Part shown: positions 50,429-64,000 of the stretch, one piece after another
Layout of the letters: every line of letters starts with the position of its first letter
Position numbering within the stretch: the first letter of the stretch is position 1
Made by a program: the position numbers and the translations under genes
Source of the DNA: Parasitella parasitica NRRL 2501
Taxonomy: Eukaryota > Fungi > Mucoromycota
DNA length: 64,000 nucleotides
Direction: 5' to 3'
NCBI GenBank assembly: GCA_025201805.1
Contig: MU619293.1
Coordinates: 7,613-71,612, forward strand
Notes under the pieces: model-generated
What the model saw: only the letters and a program-made list of their open reading frames with translations
The model's database searches: none
What the model was told of the DNA's origin: nothing

Positions 50429-50817
50429 AGGGAAAAAGAAGGGGGGGGGGGAGGACAAAACTAGTTGCGTGGTACAAAAATCAAAAAGGATATCAATGAG
50501 AACAATAAAGGTGTTGTCTATGAAAAATGCTTAAAGATTTCAACAAAATGAGGTATAGATGCGAATAATGAGCTCTTTTTTTTTTCTTTCTTTAATATAG
50601 TTTCCAGGTATCTCGTCTATCAAACAAGCTTTTCTTTTGACCATGTGTCTGGACGCAAAGAGAAGGCAGTGATAGAGTTACAAAAAGTGACACCATATTC
50701 CTTATGTGTCCGAGTTGGGGTAACTGTGCATGTAGTCGAGCTTTTTGTATCAAGGAGACAATAGCAAATATTCAAGGAGGCTACAGAAACGTAATATGTA
50801 AAATCCTTTTATTAGAT

Positions 50818-53800
50818 TTATACGGTGAATTCTTCTAGTAATGCTGTCCGAGAGGCGTTGTTTCTTCTCGCGGCTAATCGACTTCTTGAAGATGAAGGCG
50901 AATCACTCAGTGCATCATTATCAGACTGGATGGATTTCAACAGATCTTCAGCTAATATAACCACCGATTCACTTTTTTGCATTCGCTTTTCCCGAGAAGT
51001 GTTGGATCTTTCATTGTTTCTAGTTCGTTTTACGTTGGTATCGATTTCTCCTGCACGTAATTTGTCGAGCAGATTATCCATGATGTCTTCATCCAGTCCA
51101 GCTTGATTTCCTACAACACAGCCGTTAACACACTCTTTTGTTTAAATACATGGCACAAAAACCTACCATCGCTTGTGTCCACACCTCGAAGTTTTTGGGC
51201 TTTGATTTTCTCCCTGCGCGCTTCCTCTACACGCCTGGCTTTCTCCATATTTTCCAGCTTTTTCCTAGCAGAAACATTGTCTGCCATTGCACGTTCCCAA
51301 CTCGATGTGAATGTCTTGAAGATGCCAAAGAATTCATCAGGCTTCATTTGATCTGGGTTTTCGCCATAGTATGCTACAACATCTCTATAGGCTACGTCCA
51401 TTGATGTGTATCTCACTTCCAGTTCCTCAAACTTTTCAATAGCTTCGTTTCGGAAACTTCGCATGATCTGGCAGTAGTTGTCTATTTCGCCGGATTCATC
51501 ATCCTCTTGGTCTTCCTCTGGATAATGGTTGTCTAGTTCCTCAATCAGTTTTTGTAGCCCCACGCGAATTTCGTTGTAATCTTTCACCATATCTTGCAAT
51601 GTAACTATGCAATGTCCCCAAGAAGAAGATGGATGAGTATTTCAAGTATAAAAAAAAAAAAAAAAAGAGAGGCACAGGCTGCTATCACTTACCTCTACAT
51701 GCGCTTCCACTTTCGTGGAGATCATCCAAGAATCCATGAAGACGAGGAAATTTGGATTCGACCGAGTCAACCAAGAAGTGAAGCAAAGTTGTATTGCCTT
51801 CTGTTCCTTTTGTATCGACCAGTTTGTTGATACTGGCAATGCGGATGCCAAAAGCGCCCCCTTGGAAGGTAGTGCCATTCATGAAATTACCCATGACCAG
51901 GATAAATTTGAGCAATTCCTTGAATGATTTCGAGTCTCTGGCAGCAATGGACGCCTCTAAAACAGCACTCATATTCTACATAAATCCACCTTAGGACAAG
52001 AACATCTGTATGCACTGCCATTTACTTACTCGAGACAGCTGCTGGTGCTTTTCTGCAAATGTAGCACGGAACAGCATATTTTCCACTCTTTCCTTGTATC
52101 GTTCAATCTTGAGCATTTCCACGCAGAAAGTATCCGGCTTTGATAGCAGCTCCAAATCTTCATCTGATGCCTTGTTTACAAATACAGAGAGCTTGCCTTG
52201 TTCGTCCGGTGTAGGAATGTTTGCCTGTAGGTTGACCAGCAAGTTTTCGGTGATAATGGAATCGTCTACCGACAAAAATGCTTGACGCACTTGCACAAAC
52301 GACAAATGCTTCAGCTTGGAAAGCAAAGCAATATTGATATTATATGCCTTTTTGGGGTCTAAAATGCGAATTTCTTCTTTCTTTTCCTTGAGCATCCTCT
52401 TTTTGCGTTCAATGACTTTCTGCGCAAACAATTGTTCGATCGACTGGAAAATGCCCATTGTGTCCAGCTCATCTTCTAATGCCAGTTCATCAATGTCATT
52501 TGCTCCCCACACAGTTTTACCAACAAAATTTGCTTGGATCTTGGTCCACTGTAAAGCTCGAGTCTTGACATTAGGTTGATGGCGAAGTACCTTGCGAGAT
52601 GGCGCCATAGGCACGAGAGGTGCAGCAGGTCCTCCTGGTCCTGGCGGAGGAGGAGGAGGAGGGGGAGGAAGACCTCCAGATAATGCTGGTCCGGGAGGGG
52701 GTGGGGGCGGAGGTGGAAGAGTGGCAGCATCTGTTGTGTCCAATGGGTGTTTTGAGACAGAAATGTTTGCTGATCCAGGCTGTGGAGGAGGTGGAGGAGG
52801 AGGAGGTGGAGGAGGAGGAATAGCATTTGTGCCCGATGGATGGGCTTGTGGTGGAGGAGGTGGAGGAGGAGGAGGAGGTGGTGGTGGTGGTGGAGAAGAA
52901 GAAGATATGCTAATATTGTCATTGCTATGAGAATCTACCGTCATTGAGACTGGAGAAGGCGCTAAAATGTCGCCAGTAGCTGGTGCTGGGGGTGCTGGGG
53001 GTGCTGGGGGTGCTTGTGGTGGCGGAGGTGGCGGAGGAATTTCAGTCTTTGATACTTCTGCCAACGGTAAACTCAATGCTGTTTCCGTGGGCTTCTCTTT
53101 TACAGCTGGAAGTGATGTAGCAGACACTAATCCACCGGCATCAGGTGGTAATGTTGCATTCTTGTTATTATGTTGCCTCAATTTATGCTCCAATTCGGCA
53201 GCCAATGCACTGATTGGCTTATCGTCGTGATATTCTTCTCTATCAGCATCTTGCTCCTTCAAGAGTTGGTTCAGTTGATCCCTGTATTCAATGTTCATCT
53301 TGACACCATCCTGGTTTTTGTCGTCTACAAGACTGGTCGCAGCTGCTTCAGATAGCCAAGTCTTTCTTTCACCTCCGACAGGCACACGTCTGGTTGTTCC
53401 TATTAACGGAGTGGTGCCTGGGATGACAAAACCAGCTGGTCCACCCCCAAGCTGACCCTGCAACGATGACTTGAATGTATTTGACAAACCTTCTGCCCGT
53501 GGAATGCTTTCCTATTTGAATACATTTTGCTTAGGCCTTTGCTATTTTCGTTTTTACTAGCTTCAAATTACCCCTTCTTCCTCTCCTGGCTTTCCTTCTA
53601 GTATAGATTGTGCTTTCAATCGGTCATATGCTCTGGTTACCTCTTCCCTGCCCAGCACAAAATGTCCGTTTTGAGAATCTTGCACAATGCCATCCTTTTT
53701 GTTTGCATCTGCAGCAGTCATGTAAATGTCTTTCAGTTGCTGATCCAATGCGGTAACGTTCATTTCATACTCTTGTTGAGTGTCCTTTAATTTACGCTGC

Positions 53801-55767
53801 AAAGTAGCAATTGTATGACGAGACATGCGCAATAGATCCTCCAGTGAGTTTGTTTTGTCACGTAAAACGCCTATCAACCCCTCGCTCTTGAGATTGACTT
53901 GCGTCTCAAGCTCCTGCTTCTCTTTGATTGCCTTTTCATACATTCGCTTTGTCTCTTTAACCTCTTGTAGCGTTGCATTCAGCTGATCTTGCTCTGCAAA
54001 CTTGTCAATCAACATGGACACTGACCATCCCATTCCCCCGCCAGAGAGACCTTCTTGATTCAACCCCTTTCTATCCATAACAACCTGAGTTATCAGTTTG
54101 TCTAAAATTTGAAAATAGCGAACTTGTATCTCGCCTTGTGCTTGAATCATCAGCATGTGCTGCAAAGCGCTCAGGAAAAAGTTGTAGCTACGTGTGCCCT
54201 CTACCCGCCCCAAAATACGCTCAAAACAGGCTCGAGGATCATTCATGTTGGTCAAAATGGTCTCGTTGTAGATTTCCATGATCTCATCCACGTCATTCTC
54301 GCTCATTTGCTTGTAAATGTTGATATGTCTCCTCAACTGCTCGTTGTTAAAGTCCAGCATTTTCTGTGTGATTGAATCTAGCCCACTAGCGTTCATTTGG
54401 TTGCGTAGATGGACTCGTATCTCCACATCCTCAATGACCGTAACCAACGAGTTGATTAGCATCATGTTTGACAAGGCAAAGTCTGCAAGGTGATTATCAG
54501 GAGCACCGCTTCCCGCCAATCGCTTGACATCGTCACTTGCACCCACTAAACTTCCCATTCTTCCTCTGCCATCTAACGTTGCATCTAGCAGCTTCAGCCA
54601 GGCATCAAACCTGCCAAACTCGCCCAGATGCTCGCTTAGCTTATCCAGGCCCTTGAGCACAATTTCTTGTCCTTTTGGTAAATCCACATGGCACACAAAA
54701 GCCAAGATTTCGCACACTAATTTTCTCGTTTGAATGGGAGGTGACACCAGTGATAGAACAATATGATAGATGCATTGAGGATGTGAAATGACTTCGCGAG
54801 CACCCCACTAGTGTATGTGTGTGTCAGTGAAAACTACAGCTAGGCGCACAGCACATTCCACTACTTACTCGGTTGTTGATGAGCGATTTAAAGCACTTTA
54901 GGATTTCGACTTCCATCTGGAGGTCCGCTTCTGTTCTATTACATGCCGCTGCAATTAGAATATGGCCTTGTTTGCTGCAATGACAGCACTTACTTTTGAT
55001 CCCTCTGGCTTAGCGTACCAATAACGTCGGTAATGATTTGGAGACCCTTTGATTCAATAAACTGTCTAACCCACCCCAGTGGCATGGTTCGTAAACTCAC
55101 TGCTAAATGCGCTACTAAACGAGGAGTGACACCGCTCATATCTGGCTCCAAAAACTTGTCAATGTAGTAATCAGGGGAATTTTTGTCTGGCAAAGCATTC
55201 TCTTTGCTTGGCGCATTGTTGGTGATGTGTGTCGATGATGAAGAGGAGGGCGTTGGTGCCGTTAAATCAGCCTGTTTATCTTGCGACACCATCAGCCATT
55301 TTTTTTCTGTTGGGAAACTCAACATGACCGACCTTGCAGAGGGCTCATGGATGCCTCGACGTGTCTTGGGTGAAGAGGAGGGTGGGGGGGGGGGTTTATG
55401 GGTTAGCTTTGCGTCTTTCTTTGTATCGCCCAATGTGTATATACCAGCATCTTTTCAAACAAGTCTTGCACCTGGGCATCAGTGAATCCGCCGTAATCAA
55501 TTGAGCTTTTACGAGAGTCCACTATTGAGAGAGGGTAGATGAGTGAGGGTTTTTCAAGGGAAGACTGTAAATATGCATACGCTTGTTTGCGACACTGAAA
55601 CTACCGCGGCCTTCTGTTGATACGGATGATGATCTAGACGAATAACCCCATTGCGCTGTTGGCGGAAATGAGCTGCTCTCAGTGCCAGTGGGAGAGAGCC
55701 TGGACAAATTCGGCGCCAGGCTTGAATCAACCTCTTTACGCTTATTCTTTTTTGAAATGCTAAACAT
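50818..55767 (-). CDS. Diaphanous-related formin (SepA/Bni1-like)
   Basis: GBD/FH3 (VSLRTMPLGWVRQF), poly-Pro FH1, FH2 (GNFMNG...GAFGI, TTLLHFL) and DAD (MDNLLDKLR). Confidence 0.95.
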
Positions 55768-55769
55768 TT

Positions 55770-55832
<63 letters not shown>

Positions 55833-57364
55833 ACAATGAAAAGAAGGGAATAAATTACCAAGGGTTAAAAATGTTCATCTAACTAAAATGATGCTTTGAT
55901 AATAACAGAGGTCTGTCCTCCTTCAAAAAGAGAAAATGCTGTGTAACTTGTGATAAGTTTGTGCTCCACATTTTTATAAACACCCAACAGACCCTGTCAA
56001 AATGTTTCGTTTTTGAAGAAACTCGCTTTTGCATTACAGACATGCAAGCGTTATTAGCTTTTCAACCTTGAAGCCATGTGGCAGGAAAAAGTGCCAAATA
56101 CGACAACATCACATCTGAGTATGCAAGGCAGGCTAAATTTTACATAATAATGAAAGCTTGTCATATTACTTGGGCTTATAGGACGATTTAAGAGTCGCAG
56201 CAAAAGTAACTATCCAGAAAAGGACATGATTTCTGCTATTTGGCTATATTGTAAGGTTACGTGTATCATGAATCAGCCAGTACGAGCAAAAAAAAAAACC
56301 TCTTGCGTGTGCCCCTAATTGCTTAACCGTAGTACCTTTGTTGCTCCTATTTCTTCCTAATAAAAAACAGAAGCTACGCGCAGATCACTACCACGAACCT
56401 TGTAAATAGAGTCTTTGACTTGACGAGACGTCTGGAATATTAATCAGGTGAAAAAAAAAAAAAAAAACACCTGATTCAAGTGAAATGGAGGGCTTGTTTA
56501 CTCTATACGATCATCGAGCATCGAGCTGAGGGAGGTGAGATGAGGAGAAAGGCTTTAGGGATGTGGTCTGGGAGATACGGCAGATCGTATCTATCCCAAC
56601 GTCATGCCATGTTTAGTTTCAATAATGTACTCGATGTCTCCCTCTTTTATATAAGGCTTATACGTATTACGTTTGCTTCAATAACAACCTTTGACGGACA
56701 GTGAACTTTTGTAGCATTGAGCAATTCGGGTATACAAGAGAATACAAGTTGCATGGACCTTACATTGAAGTGTGTAATTTACTACCATTGGATATTGAAG
56801 AAGCTCTTTTTTGAAGACATGGTTGTATGCTGGGCCGACTCTTGTAATTATTCCATTGGTTGTTGTTGCGACAATGTATGACATAATTTGGATGTATGCA
56901 AAGACTACCGTATCCATGAGCATGTCGCGATTTCATTCCATAACAAGAGAGAATAATGCTAATGTTTCCTCCCCTTAAAATTTGTAGCCACCATGTGCAG
57001 AGGCAACCAGCAGTTGTTTTGAATGCATGGCCGGTCAGTAGACAGATAAATTGTGCTGAGCCTCTAATGCTCTGAGAGCTTTCGACTGAATGTTTGGTTG
57101 TTATGGCCAAGTTTGTTGCTCAAAAAAAGGTAAACAATGGTAATTCAAGTAGTGCTGGTTCCTTGATATTTTGTCGATTATGTAGAAAATTCTTTTTGCT
57201 GTATTTGCTGAAACAAGCAGACAAAATCAGTGAAACCAGACGCCACAAAAACCATCGCTTGTTTTAGTGGCGATATTAAGTCGAACTTTGCTGTGTGTGT
57301 AGGCATAATATGTGCAGGTTGTTGGTCCAGTGTGATATTTTTCTGACCTCCCCCTCCCTTTCTC

Positions 57365-57478
<114 letters not shown>

Positions 57479-57488
57479 TGAATGCTAC

Positions 57489-59115
57489 ATGGATGAATCT
57501 GTTTCCTATCACTTTGCAACTGTCAAGCAAAGACGAGAAAATAGACACGAAATGTAAATCAAGAGAAAAATTTTAGTTGTTTTGTAACCTAAATGACAAA
57601 TTGTATAGTGATTATCAGCTCACTCTGAGACAGCAACCCAAACAGTCTCGAATGTGTGGTGTTGGAGAGAAAGGTAATTGTTGACGACACTACAAAATCT
57701 AGCACTAACTCGATGTATGCAATTTAGCTGACAGAAGACCCATCGACCCTCCTCGTAATGTAAAACTCTAACGCAGTAAATATGTGATACTAATGCTTTT
57801 TTCGGTAGCAATCGTTCAATTGAAAGTAATTGATGCCAAGCTGTCATTAGCAGAGAAAAAGTATGACCATTGCACTTTCTCTTGAACGTTCATTGACACT
57901 TTTCCACCGTAGCGCTTACCTGCAGAATCCGTATTATTTCATGTACGCTTCTCTGATGGCAGCAGATTTGGATGAGGAATTGCATTTACTGAGAGATGGA
58001 AAAACGAGAAGCACGACAGGATCAGTTGTTTCTTCGCTGTATCATCTCAAGGATATCGACAATACGGATGCAGGGTTTTTTGTGTTTCCAGATTTGTCAG
58101 TGCGAATGGAAGGGAGCTACAGATTGAAATTAAGCTTGTTTGAAATCATTGGCAAAGAAGTCTTCCATTGCAGATCCATTATATCAAACAAGTTTTTTGT
58201 GTATTCTGCAAAAAAGTAAGTGCGGCTCATGTGTACGGTAAAAAGTAGAATTGACCTTGTTTTACTAGGTTTCCTGGCATGGAGGAATCTACGTTTTTAT
58301 CAAGGTCATTTGCAGATCAAGGGTTAAAGATTCGCATTAGGAAAGAGTTGCGGCAGAGGAGGAAGTTGAGTAAAATCAGTGATACAGAGGATAGAGACAC
58401 TAGCTCAATCACACCATCACCCACAACAACCACAAGCACTAAAAAAGCAAAAACCTATAACAAAACAACTGATAATTCACCGTCAACGTCGTCATCTAAT
58501 TCCAACTTGACCACATCGACGACGTCTGTTACCACTCCTACGCTCTCGGCAGCAACCGTCAGCCCTGCCAATCCGCTGAATTCTCACCATTACAGGGTTG
58601 ATTTGCCACCTAACCCTACCAGGTATATCTCTTATAGCTCAAAGCAACCAGAGACGTGGGACTCTTTGCCACAATCATCGCAGCCATTAAATAGCAGTGT
58701 TAGTTGTGGCAGTAACAGCTACTATGCACAAGGGAACAGTTATCCAAATCTACATCAACCAGACGGGCAGCAGCCGTACTTTGCCCACACAGATCCATAT
58801 CATTCTCACCCACAATCATCTTTAAAGTACTCATCACCACTGCAATCCCCTCTACCCCCTTCTTCGACGACACACTACGACACATCTCCAGTGTCAACAG
58901 CGTACGACAATAAATCATTACGGAATCCTCCCTTATTTTACTATTCCTCCAATTACTCACATTTCTCTTTACCGCCGCCACCACCGCCACCACCACCACC
59001 ACCACCGCCAGAAGCAGCAGCAGCTTCTGAGACGCAGCAGCAGCAGCAAAACTATCCACAGCAGACGCCATCTCCTTTGTTACATGCCTCACAACATTTG
59101 CCACCAGCACCTTAG
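57489..59115 (+). CDS. Velvet-domain transcription factor (VosA/VelC-like)
   Basis: Spliced YQLTLRQQPKQSRMCGVGEK|ADRRPIDPP|PIVQL, FFVFPDLSVRMEGSYRLKLSLF, FPGMEESTFLSRSFADQG. Confidence 0.92.
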
Positions 59116-59292
59116 CAACAATTTTATGCAATTGAACAATTTTAAGCAGTCAATCGCAAAAATAACGGTTATTTTAAAAATTCTCTATTTTTTTTTTCTT
59201 TTTTTTTTTTTTNNNNNNNNNNNNNNNNNNNNNNNNNNNNNNNNNNNNNNNNTTTTCCATCAACATATTCATAATACTTTTGGTTTTTTAAT

Positions 59293-61523
59293 ATGAAGAA
59301 AAAGTTTCCCTATCATGTAAATTAAATTAATCAGTAATAAAATCGATTTCCCTTCTTTTTAATAATCCCGCAGTTGTTAGGATTGCATTGGAATAAAGAG
59401 CATACGACCAACAGCGAAAACATTTACTGCTACTGTGGCAAGGGGATTAAAGAGTAAAGCAAAGGATAGCGGTAAAATAAACATTTCGAAAAACTCACGA
59501 TTTTTGAAAAAGTAGAAGCCAGCCAATGTTGCAATGCGATAAATGCAAGCAATGGTTTCATCGCAACTGTGTTAAATGCCTGGCAAAGCCTCTATTGTTT
59601 GGAGATACATTTGGCATTTTCCACTGCTCTGTCTGCAATCAATCGGTAGAAACTTTTAAACGAAAGCCATCGAGTTGGGTTACGATTGTTCATCTGGTTC
59701 TTTACCATCTGATTCAAAACACTCTGCTGGACAATGCGAAAAAGCCCAAAAGAGACAGACGAGATCATCTTTACTTTAGATGGAAGGAGGACGTTTGCGC
59801 GTTCATTGACGATTACTGGGACTATCTTTGTCCTGACAAGCAGCAAACTTCAGCTTGGCACAATACAGTAGCAAGCGTGCTGTCAACCCATGGCAGCATA
59901 TTCCTTTCAGGCTTTGAAAAGTTTAAACAGAGCGGTAACCTACCTGTCAAAATTGCCTAGTTACGTCTTGACAACTAACAGTGATCCCCCCCCCCCTCAC
60001 TAATAGCTTGGTGGACATTGCAGAAAATAGAGCCTCCTGCTGCATCGAATGCTAACGACAATCGCACAAAACCAACTTTAAAAAGGCCATTGAAGAGATC
60101 ATCACACAGGCTACAAGAAAAGAAACTGCCTGCAAAAAGTAGAAAAAAGGTAAAATTGACAGCAGTCGACCCTGATCTTGAGAATGACTTGATGGGCTTG
60201 AGCTCATTGTCTGAATTATCGTCTACTGAAGAAATTTTATCAGACACTGAGGTTGTCAGCATAAAAGATGAGCCAAACCAAGAAACATTCATACAAAAAC
60301 CTGCACCCATGTCAGTTCCAACTTTAGAGTCTTTAGCAACAGAAATAACTGTTAAATCGGAACCTTCAACGCCTGTACGGAAAACCTCGTTCGACCTAAA
60401 TACACCGCCAACATCCACATCCACATCCACATCCACTCCCACTTCCACAATTACACCGCCATCGAAAAATATACTACCATCTACTCTTACCACAAATAGC
60501 TCCAGCACATCTAATCCAGCCCTTGCACCACAGGATGAATGGCTTTTATTGCAGCGATTGGAGCATTCATCAAAGCCCTTGTCGCCAGCTGCATGTCGAT
60601 ACAAGCGCAAGCTGGGCATGCGTCGTCTGAAACGCAATTTGGGCATCAAATTGTTTGATATGGATGCCCATCTTGTCAATTTACTGCGTACGCCAAACCA
60701 CGCGCTAGAGCCTATATCAAAGGATACCACAATACAACCTGCTTCTAACCATCAACACGTAGAGCAGCAGCAGGACAACCAGCTTTTGTTGGACAAAATT
60801 ACGTGGACACCATACACTTGCTCGTTTGCCTCTCGGTTGTATGGGTCAATTAGGCAGAGAAATACTATGACCCGCGATGAGCCCTGGCTCTCCTCTTGGA
60901 ATGGGCGTAAATTGCGGCCGTTTATACGCCGTGATTTCCAGAGCAAGCCTAAACGTATGCTGTTGATGAGCCAAATTAAAGCATGTCAAGGAAAGACGCC
61001 CAAGAATCTTGGCGCAGAGCCGTCTGGCATTGTTGTCAGCGATAGCATCGATTATGTCTATTTTCAAAAGGAGCATTTACAGCAAGTCAACTTGCTACTA
61101 AGCCGATCCTTTTGGGAAGGTGTTGATGTATCTGAATCACTGCTGTTTCCAGAATTTAGCATTGTAGCTTTGTACAAACGAAGGGTGATTGGATGTGCAT
61201 TCATGACGCCAGAAGCATACATCACATACTTTGCGGTGGAGCCTGGGTGGACTAATGCCAGTATTGGCCAGTTCATGCTGTATCACTTGTTTCAAACTGC
61301 CATTTCCAAAGATATCACGCTCCATGTATCAGCAAACAACAATGCCATGGCAAGTAATCTTTATAAACAACGTGTGAATTGCTTGAACTCATTTCCTTTA
61401 CAGATCTTATACCAGAAATTTGGCTTTAAACCAGAGGAGTTCATCGTTAATTTCTACGACAAATACTTGCCAACTGATAGTGTTTTTAGCAAGAATGCAT
61501 TCTTTTTAAGGTTGAGAAGATAG
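59293..61523 (+). CDS. PHD-like + winged-helix + GNAT acetyltransferase, KAT14/CSRP2BP (ATAC2)-like
   Basis: YCYCG...MLQCDKCKQWFH..C, WVTIVHLVLYHL, LRPFIRRD, FWEGVDVSESL.FPEFS, FMLYHL, TLHVSANNNAM|ILYQKFGFK. Confidence 0.85.
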
Positions 61524-62494
61524 CCAAGCTGCTAATCAGCATTTCAGCATTTGAATAAATCATTTTCTATACATTGGCCTGATTGGCAACCAGAAATGTG
61601 CCATCTTATTCGATTTTCTTTTGGCTGTAGCTTTTGACTTGTATCCGTCGAGAAATTCGTCTGTTTTGCTTCTTTAGACACCATCACAATCAAAGTAGCA
61701 GTGCTTTTGCCAATAGAATGCCCTTTTTCATTTGCGAGCGAAATACCCGTTATTTACGGCCTTTTTTTTTTCTTTTTTCTTTTTTTTCATCATAGTATTC
61801 TCTACAAGTATATCCCACTAAAAATATGTGCAACATTTGCATCAGGAGAAGACTTGATCCGTGTGCAGGTCTATGCTGCCAGTTCGCTTTTTTACTTGTT
61901 TTGGTTGATTTGAGGCGAAACTTCATCATAATTAAACGTGCATTTTAGGCAACACTTGCATTTCTCCCCGGGGATGATGAAGATTCAACACTCGTTTTTA
62001 AGGAGATCATCGTCAGCCGTGATTTTATTTGCTGAATACCTGAGTAGAGATGTGGATCTTATGCGGAATGAACCCTAATTGTATTGACACTTTAGGCCAA
62101 TCAAAATCTAGTAGTGTAGTGTATATTTGACAGTTCCCCCTCTGGCATGATGACAAAAAGAATGAATGTTGACCGATAGAAGCCTATATAATTTTTAATA
62201 TCATGAAATTACCTATGAAGCGTAGCTCTCAAGTCAAGCATTCATATGGGCACAGTACTTGAATGAGTGCTAGCATTGCCGAGCAGACGAGAACGTAAAT
62301 CATTTGTACTCCTTTGTCCATCAGTAGAAAAAGAATAAGCTATCCTAAATGCGTACATGGAATTTCGCAATCAAGCCTATGTAATTGTTCAATGATAAGC
62401 AATAAAAAAATGCATAAATACGTGGGTACGTGCACTCGACATTTCTCTCTCTTTCCCATCAAACCATCTCGACAAACCTGTATCTCCAATAACG

Positions 62495-63900
62495 ATGAAT
62501 AATACAGCGGTTTTTGACGACTCGGTGCCAAGAGGATTTGAAAAAAAGATTCCAGCTTTAACAGCATTCTCTATCATGTTTGTCACTGTTGGATTTTCAT
62601 GCTTTGTATGGCAAGTTATGGCATCAGGCTACATGTTTTATAAAGCCAGAAAGCCAGTTGTTGGCATTGTCCTTTTTCAAGCATTGGTTGGAGTAGCTGT
62701 AACATTCGTAACTCTGTTATCCTCGTTAACAACAGTTGATTGCACCTTTGTAAGCTTGAATCAAACAAGAATCGAAGAAATCATTAAACATTTCATTTCT
62801 GTAGCTTCTTTTGTTCTCTGTGGTTGGCGTTAATGTAGCTGATATATGTTTGCAGTTTGTGTTGCTTTGGAAGGCTTTTCTTGGGAATAATCGATCCAAA
62901 ATTATCCTGTGTGTTGGATCTATACCACTTTTACTTATTGCAGCCTTTATTATTATCAACATGACGTTTGGCAGATCACTCACAGAGCATGGCATTGGCA
63001 TTTGCAACTTTGAATATCGTAAGCTTTTTTNNNNNNNNNNNNNNNNNNNNNNNNNNNNNNNNNNNNNNNNNNNNNNNNNNNNNNNNNNNNNNNNNNNNNN
63101 NNNNNNNNNNNNNNNNNNNNNNNNNNNNNNNNNNNNNNNNNNNNNNNNNNNNNNNNNNNNNNNNNNNNNNNNNNNNNNNNNNNNNNNNNNNNNNNNNNNN
63201 NNNNNNNNNNNNNNNNNNNNNNNNNNNNNNNNNNNNNNNNNNNNNNNNNNNNNNNNNNNNNNNNNNNNNNNNNNNNNNNNNNNNNNNNNNNNNNNNNNNN
63301 NNNNNNNNNNTTTTTCAACAGATAAATCGCTTTTACTTACTTAATCATTGTTTGCTTGTTAGCTTTGGCGTATGCTTGTCCAATATTATAACTGGCATAT
63401 TGTTGGCAAAAAATGTGTTTGGTGGCAGCACGCCCATTCTGTATACAATTGACTGTAAGTTGCACCTTCTTTTTTGTATCGAATTATACTAAATTCTCTA
63501 CGTAATAGGGTACCTTGCTTCGTATCTTATCATTAAGCAGCTCAGCGATCGCCACAATAATGCTGCTCTGAAGAAAAAGAAGGAAGATGAAGAAGAAGAC
63601 GATGATGACAATAATTCTAGCATAGTATCCAAATCTTATCAAGAGGGCGAAGAAGAGCACGTATCTGCTCAAGATACGAGTGTACATCATGCCAAAGAGC
63701 GAGACACATACTATCAATCAGCTGACAGCACACTGTACGTCTCAAGTCAAGTTACTGCCACCCATCCTTCTATGCTTGATGGTGACGAAGGAAAATTGCA
63801 TTCTTTGCCACTTTCGTCCCCACAATATGAAAAGTAATAGCAGGTACATTTTCATTATTCCAAAGTGCTCGACTGTGCGCAACTTACATTATAACTTTAA
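62495..63900 (+). CDS. Multi-pass membrane protein of unknown function (interrupted by a gap; end approximate)
   Basis: Several hydrophobic segments across GT-AG exons, followed by an acidic cytosolic tail. Confidence 0.6.
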
Positions 63901-64000
63901 TCCGGCTATTATCGTACTCTCTCTACTGTTATTATCAAATAAAGCTTTTTAATTTGCATCTCAATACTTTGACACGTTTAAAGTTATCAGATTTCGTTTC

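Noticed and set aside
52476-53230. Gly-, Glu- and Leu-rich ORFs
   Set aside because: Alternative frames of the formin poly-Pro FH1 region.

Overview
Eukaryotic, AT-rich, short-intron DNA. Gene content and style point to a Mucorales (Mucoromycota) fungus, which is an inference. The first ~6 kb is a nest of mobile elements: a decayed Crypton tyrosine-recombinase transposon, an assembly gap, and several Ty3/Gypsy LTR pieces inserted into one another. The rest is mostly housekeeping genes: Ulp2-like SUMO protease, YPP1/TTC7, ARF, RLP7, GH5 mannosidase, PASK-like kinase, MIA40, VTS1, CHO1, a SUN protein, an Slm1-like PH protein, an SDR, a Cdc25-like RasGEF, a formin, a velvet protein and a KAT14-like acetyltransferase. 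The main signal is a Fanzor1 gene (eukaryotic TnpB/Cas12-like RNA-guided nuclease) that is the sole cargo of a TA-flanked, Tc1/mariner-like TIR element at 17038-20230. Its RuvC D-E-D triad and zinc finger are retained, a spliceosomal intron splits the zinc finger, and an omegaRNA is expected at the 3' end. This copy is pseudogenised. A second, heavily decayed Fanzor1 of a different subfamily, invisible in the ORF track, lies at ~25350-26335. A third, non-coding element with long TIRs lies at 36500-39226. All family assignments come from reading motifs by eye; no searches were run.
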